A stretch of 64,000 nucleotides of DNA from a virus (IMGVR_UViG_3300021138_000001), one strand, 5' to 3'; numbered from the stretch's first letter, positions 47,860-57,405 are shown. Numbers and translations are program-made. The notes: a model not told the origin generated them from the sequence alone.

Positions 47860-48220
47860 TATAAATCACTTCTACGATATATGGTTTGTTTACTTTTTTC
47901 ATATTAAAAATCATATTTTGGGTTCCTTTGGATTTACCATCCCAAAATATAATGGCAAAATCACAAATCTTAGCCATTTCAGCGTTTCGTATAGACCCAG
48001 CAGCTTTTTTATACTGGTCCCAATCTGCTGGCATATATATGATAGGAACGCCTATAAGAGAAGCCCAATATTCTCCAATTTTATCTGGTCCTGAAGCTCT
48101 TCCAGAAATTAAATGAGTGACTTTATTGTTAGGACACTCCTTCAACAAAATTGAACTTATTCTTTTTGTAATAAGGTCATAATCATCAATGCTTCTTGAG
48201 CCAGCGACAATCAATTTCAT
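47852..48220 (-). CDS. SLOG family (DUF2493/YspA-like) protein
   Basis: IVAGSR, SGRASGPD..GE.WA, AG.IRN.EMA, WDG.S.GT. Confidence 0.85.
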   Translation of the reverse strand: MKLIVAGSRSIDDYDLITKRISSILLKECPNNKVTHLISGRASGPDKIGEYWASLIGVPIIYMPADWDQYKKAAGSIRNAEMAKICDFAIIFWDGKSKGTQNMIFNMKKVNKPYIVEVIYND

Positions 48221-48507
48221 TCTTCATCTTCATCCTCGTAATCGTCCATATATTCTAGAGGATTGAATCCGCTAATATTTTCACCCAAAAGAGACACTAA
48301 CCAAGTAATTTTAGATTGGTCATCTGAAACAAGAGTAATATCATCTTGTTTCAATACTCCACTAATCTCAGAATGTTTTCCAAGCACTTCACCCAGATAA
48401 ACTCTCTTATTGTAAGCTTTGTCTACAGCTTTATCATCTGCTACAAACAAACCTTCTACTGATCCCATACGACCGCAGTCCCAATAAAATTGGTACAAAT
48501 TCTTCAT
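48217..48507 (-). CDS. Conserved phage hypothetical protein
   Basis: WDCGRMGSVEGLFVA...GEVLGKHSEI pattern. Confidence 0.6.
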   Translation of the reverse strand: MKNLYQFYWDCGRMGSVEGLFVADDKAVDKAYNKRVYLGEVLGKHSEISGVLKQDDITLVSDDQSKITWLVSLLGENISGFNPLEYMDDYEDEDEE

Positions 48508-48689
48508 AATACAATCCTATTTTTATAATCCATAATAACATCTCCGAAATTTTGCCCATAAACATGAACATCTTTCATATTAATAGCAATATCTTTACGC
48601 AATTCTTCAAGCTTTTCTTTGGCTTGTTCCACGGTACTATAAATTCCTTGTGGATAATTATAAAATACAATATACATATCGTATGTCAT
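48504..48689 (-). CDS. Hypothetical protein
   Basis: ATGA overlaps on both sides. Confidence 0.5.
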   Translation of the reverse strand: MTYDMYIVFYNYPQGIYSTVEQAKEKLEELRKDIAINMKDVHVYGQNFGDVIMDYKNRIVL

Positions 48690-50410
48690 GCAGCAATCCT
48701 ACTAAAATTTTTATGCTTTTCAAATTTAATAATGTTTGTGAATTTATCAATCATAGAATCTCCTTTATGACTTATAACAAAAACATTCGAGTCTGATGTT
48801 ATTGAACTGATAATCTTTAGTAATTCTTCAGTTCCAGTAGCATCCAATGGGCCATCAAATGTTTCGTCTAAAATCAAAAGGTTTGATGAATTTGCATTTC
48901 TTAGTTTTGCAACAGACCTCCAAGAGAAAAGAATAGCAAGATCAATCCTTGCTTTTTCTCCCTCGGAGAATGACTCATATGAGAATTCATCTCTATGCCG
49001 CGATCTTACCACTTCATTGAAGTTCTCGTCAAGCTCAAAAGAGCAAGAAAGTTCCATAGCAGCAAGATATTTATTGATGAGCTTATTGATGATAGGAATA
49101 TATTGTTTTATAATTTTTGCTTTAATACCACCATCCTTAAGTAGGATAGCGATAGTATCCAACATAGACTTCTTCTTAAGAAGCTCTTCATGAGATGAAA
49201 TATAAGAAGTTAATTCAGATTTTAATATTTCTAATCTATTTTTATCATCTGAATTTTCTTTATGTTCTATCTCTAGTCGAACAATTTCCTGGGCGATTTT
49301 GTCTTTAAAATCATTGGTTTGACTAATTTTAATATTTAGTTCTGTAATTTGAACATTCAATTCTGAAATCTTAAGAGTGATCTCTGTCATTTCAGTCATA
49401 CGTTCATTCAATTCTTTATATTTTTCAGTTAACGTATTCAAAGCGTCTTCAATTTCCTTAGCCTGAACATTCTTCTTTTCTACTGTATCATGTTTAAATT
49501 GTTCATTAATACTTTGTTTGCACGTAGGACAGTTATCATTTTCATCATAAAAATGAACTTCATTATTAATATTTTTTAACTTATCCGAGAATTGTGTTTC
49601 TAATGAAGAAAGGTTTTTTAGTTTTTTGGAAATACTATCTGATTCACTCAATTTATATTCTGTAGTAAGTTTTATAATTTCTGATTGTAAGTCTTGAATG
49701 TCTATAGTCCAAGACTTAATATTCATGTCAAAATCAAAAATCTTTTGTTTATTAGTTTCTATTTGCTTGTCATTGTTTGCTTCAATGTTTTTGATATATT
49801 CTTTTTGAAGCCGAATCTTTTCTTGAACTAATTCTGTAGAACTTTTAATATCTTTGATTTCTGTCTTATTATCAGAAACCTTTTGTTTTAGAATAGTATT
49901 CATGGCGGAAAAGATTTGTAGATCAAGGAGGTCTTCAATAACTTCTCTTCTGGCAGCAGCAGTAAGTTGCATGAATGGGATATAAGAACGAGAACCCAAA
50001 GTTACAATTTGGGTAAATGATTTATGGTTCATCTTCAGAATGTGTTTTTCAAGATATTCTTGATAATCTGTATTAGCAGCATCTTGGTTTAATAGATTTC
50101 CGTCTTGGAAAATTTCAAACACATTTGGTTTCATACCACGACGAACCAAATACTCCTTGTTTCCAATAGAAAACTCTAGCTCAACTAACATTTGCTTTTG
50201 ATTAATCGAATTAATAAGTTGTGGCTTATTAATTTTACGAAAAGCTTTTCCATATAGAGCAACTGATATAGCTTCAATAAAAGTAGATTTTCCTGCACCA
50301 TTTTCGCCGATAATCAACGTTGATGGTGAAGAAATAAGATTGACTTCTGTGAAGAGATTGCCTGTACTCAACAGATTTTTCCATCTAACAGTCTTAAAAA
50401 TTATTGCCAT
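48686..50410 (-). CDS. gp46: Recombination endonuclease, SMC-like ATPase subunit
   Basis: GENGAGKST, CPTC zinc hook, SFSEGEKARIDLA, LILDE. Confidence 0.97.
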   Translation of the reverse strand: MAIIFKTVRWKNLLSTGNLFTEVNLISSPSTLIIGENGAGKSTFIEAISVALYGKAFRKINKPQLINSINQKQMLVELEFSIGNKEYLVRRGMKPNVFEIFQDGNLLNQDAANTDYQEYLEKHILKMNHKSFTQIVTLGSRSYIPFMQLTAAARREVIEDLLDLQIFSAMNTILKQKVSDNKTEIKDIKSSTELVQEKIRLQKEYIKNIEANNDKQIETNKQKIFDFDMNIKSWTIDIQDLQSEIIKLTTEYKLSESDSISKKLKNLSSLETQFSDKLKNINNEVHFYDENDNCPTCKQSINEQFKHDTVEKKNVQAKEIEDALNTLTEKYKELNERMTEMTEITLKISELNVQITELNIKISQTNDFKDKIAQEIVRLEIEHKENSDDKNRLEILKSELTSYISSHEELLKKKSMLDTIAILLKDGGIKAKIIKQYIPIINKLINKYLAAMELSCSFELDENFNEVVRSRHRDEFSYESFSEGEKARIDLAILFSWRSVAKLRNANSSNLLILDETFDGPLDATGTEELLKIISSITSDSNVFVISHKGDSMIDKFTNIIKFEKHKNFSRIAA

Positions 50411-50420
50411 AATATTTTCT

Positions 50421-51479
50421 TTACAGATTGTTTGCTTCTGAATATAACTCGCCCAAAAATTTCACAACCTCTTTCTTATCTACATCAGATTCAATATGTT
50501 CCACATACTTCTGGAGAATAGAAAGAGTGTCTTCTGCGCCTTCAGTAATATCTGTGTCGTTTTCAATATCAAGATCGATATTATCTTCGATAATTTGAAT
50601 ACCAAGAAGGTCGAGTTTTTCTAGGCGATCAATAAATTGATCGAACATGTACGGGTTTGCTTTATTATGGACCATTATCTTAATGTATGTTTCTCGATAT
50701 TGTTCTAAAACAGAATCACTAACTTTTGACATATCACCATTAATGTCGTCATAATTTATCTTATTGAACATCTTATATGGGTTTGGAATAAATGTCAAGT
50801 CTCTTGTTTCGGTGTCAAAAACATGAAATCCTTTTTGATCACCATAATCTGACCATGTAATTTCATATGGACAGCCAAGATAGTTAATGTTTCCTCTAGA
50901 TGATTTATGATGGTAATGTCCAGAACAGACCACATCAAACTTTTCAAAAATATTCGTATCCATTCCATGATCGATAATATTCCCCTTGTACATCTCAAAC
51001 CCAGATAATTCTAGATGACCCAGCAAAACTTGAGCCGAAGTGGTCTTAATAATATCTAGTGCATCTTGCATATTATCTTGGCACATCCAAGGCATCAAAA
51101 CGATGTTACAGCCATCAAATTCAATTTCAGTTGGCTTAGAATAAACTTTTATATTTTTATAATTTTTTAATAATAAATCAGGAGAATTAATTTCATTAGT
51201 ATTTTTAAAATATGTACAATGGTTTCCTACAATTAAATGCAAAAATAAATTACTATTTTCAATTTTATCAAACCAGTATTTTTTACACAAGTATAAAGAA
51301 TGTAAATTTATAATTTTTCTTCTATCGAAGGTATCTCCCAAATCTACTATAGTTTCTATATTGTTATCTTTAAGATATGGCAAAAACACATTTTCATAAA
51401 ATTTTGAAAAATATTCATGAAAATGTATAGAATCATTTCTAACACCAAAGTGTTGATCAGTAATAAGTGCAATTTTCAT
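50421..51479 (-). CDS. gp47: Recombination endonuclease, nuclease subunit
   Basis: ITDQHFG, DLGDTFD, VGNH, SGHYH motifs. Confidence 0.96.
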   Translation of the reverse strand: MKIALITDQHFGVRNDSIHFHEYFSKFYENVFLPYLKDNNIETIVDLGDTFDRRKIINLHSLYLCKKYWFDKIENSNLFLHLIVGNHCTYFKNTNEINSPDLLLKNYKNIKVYSKPTEIEFDGCNIVLMPWMCQDNMQDALDIIKTTSAQVLLGHLELSGFEMYKGNIIDHGMDTNIFEKFDVVCSGHYHHKSSRGNINYLGCPYEITWSDYGDQKGFHVFDTETRDLTFIPNPYKMFNKINYDDINGDMSKVSDSVLEQYRETYIKIMVHNKANPYMFDQFIDRLEKLDLLGIQIIEDNIDLDIENDTDITEGAEDTLSILQKYVEHIESDVDKKEVVKFLGELYSEANNL

Positions 51480-51481
51480 TT

Positions 51482-51643
51482 TTACCTATCTAGTTCTAAT
51501 TGAAACTTGGCAATTTCTTTATTGGCTTCTTCAACGATATTCTTGAGCATAGTATAATAATTATATCTAATATGCTTTGGAGTTGACTTATTGTTTAGAT
51601 TGGAAATCCAATCTTGAATTAATGGGGGTAAAGTATTAAACAT
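51482..51643 (-). CDS. Small hypothetical protein, 53 aa
   Basis: GAGG RBS, MFNTLPPLIQDW...; between gp55 and gp47. Confidence 0.5.
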   Translation of the reverse strand: MFNTLPPLIQDWISNLNNKSTPKHIRYNYYTMLKNIVEEANKEIAKFQLELDR

Positions 51644-52199
51644 CTGATTCCTCAATTTTCATAAATTTTTCTAAAGCTTTCTTCTGCTTATTGTCATCTT
51701 TCTTCTTTTGCACAGAAGCCTCATAAGAACCAATAACATGAATTGCTGCTTCGTTATACCCACTTCCACTTATATTTCTATCATCAGAATCTTGAAACAC
51801 ATGTTGATCATTAGAGAGAATTGCATTTTCTAATGACTTATACTTGATATATTGTTGTTTCTTTTCTTTTTGAATTCGTTGAACAAACGAATGCCAACAA
51901 ATTTGTGTGAAATATGCAAATGGGTTGTCATACTTTTCAGGATTGAAACTTTTTATATTAGCTATACAAGTTTCAATTCCGTCCGATATCATCTCATCTT
52001 TATATGAATAAAGTCCAAAACTTTTATGATTGGATAGTTTATTTGCTATGTCATATATGCATGTTCCGATGTAATTAGGAATTCTTGGTTGTTGATTTCC
52101 TTCTTCCTCGGCTTTAACACACATGGCTTTATATTCTACCATTGCTTTATAAAAGTCTTTATTGTTTACATAATGAATTGGCTTCTTTTTTTCTACCAT
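51636..52199 (-). CDS. gp55: Late-transcription sigma factor
   Basis: HYVNNKDF, YSYKDEMISDGIE, NPFAYFTQI...F..RI.KEKKQ. Confidence 0.97.
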   Translation of the reverse strand: MVEKKKPIHYVNNKDFYKAMVEYKAMCVKAEEEGNQQPRIPNYIGTCIYDIANKLSNHKSFGLYSYKDEMISDGIETCIANIKSFNPEKYDNPFAYFTQICWHSFVQRIQKEKKQQYIKYKSLENAILSNDQHVFQDSDDRNISGSGYNEAAIHVIGSYEASVQKKKDDNKQKKALEKFMKIEESDV

Positions 52200-52233
52200 T
52201 AAAAATACCTATGTTAGAACCATACTAAATTAT

Positions 52234-52262
52234 ATTATAATATGGTTCTGGATTAATGTAAA
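52234..52262 (-). promoter_or_regulatory. Sigma70-type promoter upstream of gp55
   Basis: TTTACA-17-TATAAT. Confidence 0.65.
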
Positions 52263-52289
52263 GTTTTTTTTCAAACTGATTTTTTTATC

Positions 52290-52318
52290 TTGACAGGGTT
52301 TTTTATCTTGAGTATAAT
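52290..52318 (+). promoter_or_regulatory. Perfect consensus sigma70 promoter with no downstream sense gene
   Basis: TTGACA-17-TATAAT exact. Confidence 0.7.
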
Positions 52319-52341
52319 AATTATAAGGAAAATATATAAAC

Positions 52342-52722
52342 CTAATTAATATCTGTATTAGCTAGCAACAATCGTTCCTTGACTGCTGATATAAGATCTT
52401 GAAGTTCTTGAGGAGATTTAGCTGTATCAGTTATCTTAGTAGCTGTGTCTATATGAGATAGATGTTTTTCATAATATCCAAGAAGTTGTTTACTAGGTAA
52501 AGTGTAATATAAAACATGAAATTTATCAAAGTATACTTCTTTCTCATCAGAAAAATCATCCCATTTAAAAATTCCAATATATGGAGTTGGGGAATCTTCA
52601 TCATCAATTATATCAACTCTAACAGGATTTGAAAGTAGAATTCCTGATTCTGTTTCTTCAAATAAGATGCCTAAAAAAACATCACCTGTAGTAATTCTAA
52701 CTAGAATGGGTTTATCAATCAT
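52342..52722 (-). CDS. Conserved hypothetical protein (Sm-like fold possible)
   Basis: Between uvsW and gp55 as in many T4-like phages. Confidence 0.55.
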   Translation of the reverse strand: MIDKPILVRITTGDVFLGILFEETESGILLSNPVRVDIIDDEDSPTPYIGIFKWDDFSDEKEVYFDKFHVLYYTLPSKQLLGYYEKHLSHIDTATKITDTAKSPQELQDLISAVKERLLLANTDIN

Positions 52723-54164
52723 AATTTTAAACTCACATTATAAATTTTATTAGGAAATTCTTCTTCAGAATATAATTTTATTCTTTCCTTGAAATGTTGT
52801 AGTGTATAATTTTGATTACTTTTCCAGGATAAATCATCTGCAATATCATATAATGTAGCTGTATCTACATTTGAATTTTTTCTTAGAACCCGTCCAATGG
52901 ATTGTAGGTTTTTAATGCGGGATTTACTGGGAGAAGAAAATATAAGATTCTTGAGACTCGTTATATTTATACCCGTAGAATATACGCCTGAAGAAGCAAC
53001 GATAATTGCATTTGTTTCGGTCTCTACAATTTTTCTAATACGTTCTCTATCATCACCCTGTACTTTGCCCGAAACATAATATACGTTACGACTAGAGGCA
53101 GCATCCTTAATCATTTTGTATAATACTTCTCCGTGTTTTTCTACATACTGAAAAAGTACTAATGTGTTACCATCTAAGGATAATGCTAAATTTTTTAAGA
53201 ATTTATTTCTTGCTTCATTCGTAACAATGAAATCAATTTCTTCTTGATATTTCTTTTTTGAAATGTCTTTCCTAATATAATCTGGGTATGAAAGCACGAT
53301 GCTTTTGATGTTGAATGTGGATAAATGTTTTTGTTCGATTAATTCTGATGTGGTAACAACTTTTTTTACAGCACCAAATAATCCTTGAAGAACTAAAGCA
53401 TGAGTTTGTGTTCCATCCAAAGTTCCTGTCAATCCAAATCTATATTTACAATCAACCATTTTTCCCATGATACTAACTAAAGATTTGGCTTTGAATAAAT
53501 GAGCCTCATCACCAATCACAACATCAAATTGATCAAACCAAGATTTGGGCATTTTAAAAATAGATTGCCATGTAGAAATTGTTACTAGTTCTTCAGTGTT
53601 TTTTGTTACACCGGCAGTGATTAAATGGCATTTTTTTGTGTATCCATATTCAACAAAGTCTGAAGCCATTTGAGTGACCAGAGAAATTGTTGGCACAATC
53701 AAAAGTGTTTTTGCTTCATAATATCTTATGATCAAATAAATGATTAAAGATTTGCCGGAAGCAGTTGGTGACAATAAAAGTGTTCTACATTTTCTTATAG
53801 AATGAACAAACGATTCTAATTGATAATCTCGGACTTCATAAGGCAGGTTTAACGACTTGGTAAAATCGGAAGCTTCTTTTAATGAAAATTCTGTATCCGA
53901 AAAATCTCCATCATAAAAAATTTCATACCCTCTTTCCTTGGCATAATTTTCAATGTATGGAATCAATCCAGCATATATCAAGCCGGTCATAACATTCAAA
54001 AGACGAATTTTTCCATCCCATACCTTATTTCTATAGGCTGGTGAGAATTTTGCACCAGGAACAGCAAATGTAAAATGATCACTGATTTCGTGTAAGATAG
54101 ATGCCTCGGCACGAATTTTTACATACGATTCATCATATTTTTGAATTGTTAAATTATCACTCAT
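52719..54164 (-). CDS. uvsW: UvsW-like SF2 DNA helicase
   Basis: SPTASGKS, DEAH, TGT, QSIGRVLR motifs. Confidence 0.95.
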   Translation of the reverse strand: MSDNLTIQKYDESYVKIRAEASILHEISDHFTFAVPGAKFSPAYRNKVWDGKIRLLNVMTGLIYAGLIPYIENYAKERGYEIFYDGDFSDTEFSLKEASDFTKSLNLPYEVRDYQLESFVHSIRKCRTLLLSPTASGKSLIIYLIIRYYEAKTLLIVPTISLVTQMASDFVEYGYTKKCHLITAGVTKNTEELVTISTWQSIFKMPKSWFDQFDVVIGDEAHLFKAKSLVSIMGKMVDCKYRFGLTGTLDGTQTHALVLQGLFGAVKKVVTTSELIEQKHLSTFNIKSIVLSYPDYIRKDISKKKYQEEIDFIVTNEARNKFLKNLALSLDGNTLVLFQYVEKHGEVLYKMIKDAASSRNVYYVSGKVQGDDRERIRKIVETETNAIIVASSGVYSTGINITSLKNLIFSSPSKSRIKNLQSIGRVLRKNSNVDTATLYDIADDLSWKSNQNYTLQHFKERIKLYSEEEFPNKIYNVSLKL

Positions 54165-54613
54165 TATGCTCCGACCTGGAACTTAGACCATTCCACAGCC
54201 GCCTTAATATTAAATCCGCGATTAACAAAGGACTTGATAATTGAATCTAAAAGTGCTACCTTTTCTTTTTGGGCCGCGACTCTTAGGATTTTGCCTATGA
54301 TTAGTTTATCCGATTCTAGATATCTAGGTACTTCGGTTTTTAGAATTCTTTTTCTACCAACTTCTTGAAATTCCTCAACCCAACCCATTTCGCGTAGCGT
54401 ATCATCATCGATTGCGCCGCTGTAAAAATCATGTCGAATAGATGATATTTGTTTTAAGTCTGATTCCATTTGAATCAATTTCATTTTTTCATTGACATAA
54501 AATTTATAATATTTATTATGTAATTTGGAAATATTGAGTGCTTCGGAACCAAGTTCAGTCCGATCAATTTCGGAATCCTTATCCCATTGTTCAAAAATTT
54601 CATCAATAGTCAT
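54164..54613 (-). CDS. uvsY: Recombination mediator UvsY
   Basis: W.KDS.ID...L..E...I.KLH.KY...RGF.IK.A.EW.KF..G. Confidence 0.9.
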   Translation of the reverse strand: MTIDEIFEQWDKDSEIDRTELGSEALNISKLHNKYYKFYVNEKMKLIQMESDLKQISSIRHDFYSGAIDDDTLREMGWVEEFQEVGRKRILKTEVPRYLESDKLIIGKILRVAAQKEKVALLDSIIKSFVNRGFNIKAAVEWSKFQVGA

Positions 54614-54642
54614 AATATAAACCTTTATCGATTTGTAAAAAC

Positions 54643-55167
54643 TTATTGTAACATAGTATAAGTATACTGTCTATAACTAAATTCTACATCAGCCGTAATA
54701 TATTCAACATCTTCTAAAGTATAATCTAATTTAAATCCTGAAAGGTGTGTTGGATATAAATCAAAAAAATCAAATCTGATATTTGGTTTTAGGCTGGAAT
54801 CTAAAATAATTATTGATCCATCAACTTGTGGCCCTAAACCGTTGGTTGGCACATTATTTGCTATTTTTGCATATTGGTCAAAATTTGTAGGTTTTCCTAG
54901 ACCTTCGATCCAATCGAATATTTCTCTATAATTAACTAAATCAGCATCAATTTTAAATGTGGCTCTAATTTTTGCAAATTTCATATGTTCGCCTGGAACT
55001 ACGATAGTTTGAAACGGATTTTTAAAACCACTGGTTTCACCTGTCGTTACTCCTGGAAAATTGAATGCCTGGACATAGTCAACGAAAGTTGGTAACTTCT
55101 TGACTTGAAACTTGAAATTTAACGGCGATAAAAAGGCTTTGTTCGTCATATTTTTTCCCATTGACAT
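54643..55167 (-). CDS. gp3: Tail completion/sheath stabiliser protein
   Basis: LSP.NFKF, D.DL.NY.EIFDWI, F.DLYPT.LSG; late promoter 55179-55186. Confidence 0.85.
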   Translation of the reverse strand: MSMGKNMTNKAFLSPLNFKFQVKKLPTFVDYVQAFNFPGVTTGETSGFKNPFQTIVVPGEHMKFAKIRATFKIDADLVNYREIFDWIEGLGKPTNFDQYAKIANNVPTNGLGPQVDGSIIILDSSLKPNIRFDFFDLYPTHLSGFKLDYTLEDVEYITADVEFSYRQYTYTMLQ

Positions 55168-55219
55168 ATGTTTAGATATATTTATAATGAAATTCTAAAC
55201 ACAACTAGGAGATTTTTTT

Positions 55220-55393
55220 ATGGATCGTTCAACATTTTTGGTTGACTATTATCACAATACAACTAGAATCACAATTCAGGGATCTTCTCAGATCAATCTT
55301 AGGACAGCTAGTAGCGATTTTGCAGTTCAACAATATCTACAGAATAAGCATCCCAATGAACAAATTAGGATTATGAATCTACGGTGGATTTAA
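55220..55393 (+). CDS. Small hypothetical protein, 57 aa
   Basis: AGGAG RBS, MDRSTFLVDYY... Confidence 0.5.
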   Translation: MDRSTFLVDYYHNTTRITIQGSSQINLRTASSDFAVQQYLQNKHPNEQIRIMNLRWI

Positions 55394-55394
55394 T

Positions 55395-55550
55395 ATGGCT
55401 ATGTCTAGTGTGGAAATGCAAGCATTAACCGTTCTAAAAAATGAATTGGCTTATATTGGCAACCGTAATATGTATAATGAAGAATATTATGATTATGCTA
55501 AAATTTATCTGCAAAAAAGAATTGAAGAAATTCAAAAAAAAGATAAATAA
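55395..55550 (+). CDS. Small hypothetical protein, 51 aa
   Basis: Follows previous ORF by 1 nt. Confidence 0.45.
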   Translation: MAMSSVEMQALTVLKNELAYIGNRNMYNEEYYDYAKIYLQKRIEEIQKKDK

Positions 55551-55559
55551 TTTTTATAT

Positions 55560-55651
55560 GGACTGGCATCTGGTGGTGGCGAGGGCCTTATACCCCCTTT
55601 GGTCGGCAGATTACCGATTTGCTGAGAGTTCGATTCTCTCCCGGTCTACCA
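55560..55651 (+). tRNA. tRNA with UAU anticodon (Ile by anticodon), long variable arm
   Basis: GGACTGG/CCGGTCT acceptor stem, CT-TAT-AC loop, GAGAG-TTCGATT-CTCTC T-arm, CCA. Confidence 0.8.
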
Positions 55652-55693
55652 AAATTCGCGCTGATAACACACTCGGCGAACCACTCTCAATAA

Positions 55694-55770
55694 GAACCCT
55701 TGGCACAACAGGTTAGCGCGTCTGACTTTTAATCAGAAGGTTCTGGGTTCGAGTCCCAGAGGGTTCACCA
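55694..55770 (+). tRNA. tRNA-Lys (UUU)
   Basis: CT-TTT-AA loop, GAACCCT/AGGGTTC stem, CCA. Confidence 0.93.
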
Positions 55771-55795
55771 TTTTTATAATTAAAAGGATAATATA

Positions 55796-55987
55796 ATGGC
55801 TAAAGTGTCTGATAAACTTAAGAAAGTGAATGATAGTTTTAATGTTTATATGTATGACAATGGTTTCATGCTTGAAATCAGTGGTCGTGATAAGGATGAG
55901 GATTATGTAACTTCAAAGCTGATTGTTTCTACTGTAGAAGAATTGGTACATCTAGTTAAAGAAGTATGTTATATGACGCGGGATTAA
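55796..55987 (+). CDS. Hypothetical protein
   Basis: AAGGA RBS, 63 aa. Confidence 0.55.
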   Translation: MAKVSDKLKKVNDSFNVYMYDNGFMLEISGRDKDEDYVTSKLIVSTVEELVHLVKEVCYMTRD

Positions 55988-56016
55988 TATAAATATCTCT
56001 AAACAGGAGATCATTT

Positions 56017-56913
56017 ATGTGTATTCTAATCGGAAAATATTTCAAAGGCGTTGGTTGGGTAGTCGCTAAAAATAGAGATCAAGACTATACGCCAACTGTT
56101 TATTTTCCAGATGAACCAGGAAAGTTTGATGACAATGTTTTAGTTCAGTATGATGAACAAACTGGATATAGTGAAGGCATGAATAAATATGGTATGGGGA
56201 TCATTACCACATCTTCTACTGAATCGCTTATGGCCGAGACGGACGACAAAGACGGACTAACTATTCATAAAGCTTTAAAATGTAAGACACCACAAGAAGC
56301 TGCTGATTATCTTGTTAATCATAAACTTGATGGTTATGTAGCAGTATTTAATAAAGATACAATGATATTTATTGAATCTGATAAAAATGACAGGGGTGAA
56401 TATCATCATGTTATGAAAGAAATACCTTTAACCGAAACTATCGTGAGGACTAATCATGGTGTTTGGTTAAAGACTTCTGGATACCAACCTGGAATTGATC
56501 CAGTCCAAACCAGAAATTGGAAAAGTAGTGTATGTAGATTAAAATTGGCAGAAAAAATTGCTAAGGAAGCTAATGATCCAATGGACTTGATTGATGGTCT
56601 TGCTTCTAAGAATAATGATAATTTACAAATGAATAATTTTAGAGTACAAACTAAACCAAGAGAAATGCGAACAGTTTCTCAGATTATGGTTGTACCATCT
56701 AAAAAAACAATATATGTTAGACCTGTAGATTGTCGGATCATTTTAGACCCTGCTAAAGAAAATATTAAAGTAAACGTATTGAGCAATAAAATTTTGTTAA
56801 AAACGTATCCTTCTTTAAAAGCAAAACCTATAAAAACTATTGACAAAAAAGATGGTAGTGTTATTATCACTACCGAGTGTAAAAAAATTAAGAATTTTAT
56901 AAGTTTTATATAA
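56017..56913 (+). CDS. N-terminal nucleophile (Ntn) hydrolase family protein
   Basis: Cys2, AKNRD, EGMN..G, RTNH motifs; late promoter 55988-55995. Confidence 0.75.
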   Translation: MCILIGKYFKGVGWVVAKNRDQDYTPTVYFPDEPGKFDDNVLVQYDEQTGYSEGMNKYGMGIITTSSTESLMAETDDKDGLTIHKALKCKTPQEAADYLVNHKLDGYVAVFNKDTMIFIESDKNDRGEYHHVMKEIPLTETIVRTNHGVWLKTSGYQPGIDPVQTRNWKSSVCRLKLAEKIAKEANDPMDLIDGLASKNNDNLQMNNFRVQTKPREMRTVSQIMVVPSKKTIYVRPVDCRIILDPAKENIKVNVLSNKILLKTYPSLKAKPIKTIDKKDGSVIITTECKKIKNFISFI

Positions 56914-56927
56914 ATAAAACTCAATAC

Positions 56928-57003
56928 GCCGCAATAGCTCAGTTGGTAGAGTGTCACCTTTGTAACGTGAATGTCCGGGGTTCGATTCCTCGTTGCGGCA
57001 CCA
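56928..57003 (+). tRNA. tRNA-Thr (UGU)
   Basis: TT-TGT-AA loop, canonical arms, CCA; late promoter 56909-56916 upstream. Confidence 0.93.
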
Positions 57004-57009
57004 GTATTT

Positions 57010-57084
57010 GTTGTGATAGCATAATGGCAGTGCGTCTCCCTCATAAGGAGAAGGGTTCTAGTTCGAGTCTAGATTACAACACCA
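57010..57084 (+). tRNA. tRNA with CAU anticodon (Met elongator or Ile2)
   Basis: CT-CAT-AA loop, paired 1-72, CCA. Confidence 0.88.
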
Positions 57085-57090
57085 GTGTTT

Positions 57091-57166
57091 GGGGAATTAG
57101 CTCATTTGGTAGAGCGTCTGATTTGCATTCAGAAGGCGAGCGGTTCGAATCCGCTATTCTCCACCA
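57091..57166 (+). tRNA. tRNA-Ala (UGC)
   Basis: TT-TGC-AT loop, G3-U70 pair, CCA. Confidence 0.95.
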
Positions 57167-57169
57167 AGT

Positions 57170-57245
57170 TGCGGGTTGGCGCAGGCAGTAGCGCGCTAGG
57201 CTCATAACCTAGAGGTCAGTGGTGCGACTCCACTATCCGCTCCCA
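57170..57245 (+). tRNA. tRNA-Met (CAU), initiator-like
   Basis: CT-CAT-AA loop, mismatched 1-72 pair, TGCGACT T-loop, CCA. Confidence 0.8.
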
Positions 57246-57248
57246 TCT

Positions 57249-57294
57249 ACAGTTTCTTACTTCTGTAAAGAGTAAGTGGTGGAGCGCCAACTGT
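57249..57294 (+). ncRNA. Candidate structured ncRNA between tRNAs
   Basis: ACAGT/ACTGT closing stem around CTTACT/AGTAAG and TGGTG/CGCCA hairpins. Confidence 0.4.
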
Positions 57295-57315
57295 TAATTG
57301 GCCCTATTATTATTT

Positions 57316-57400
57316 GCCCCTGTGGTGGAACTGGTAGACGCGCCGGATTCAAAATCCGGTACCGCAAGGTGTGTCGGTTCGATTCCGACCGGGGGCACCA
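57316..57400 (+). tRNA. tRNA-Leu (CAA)
   Basis: TT-CAA-AA loop, long variable arm, CCA. Confidence 0.95.
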
Positions 57401-57405
57401 TTAAT

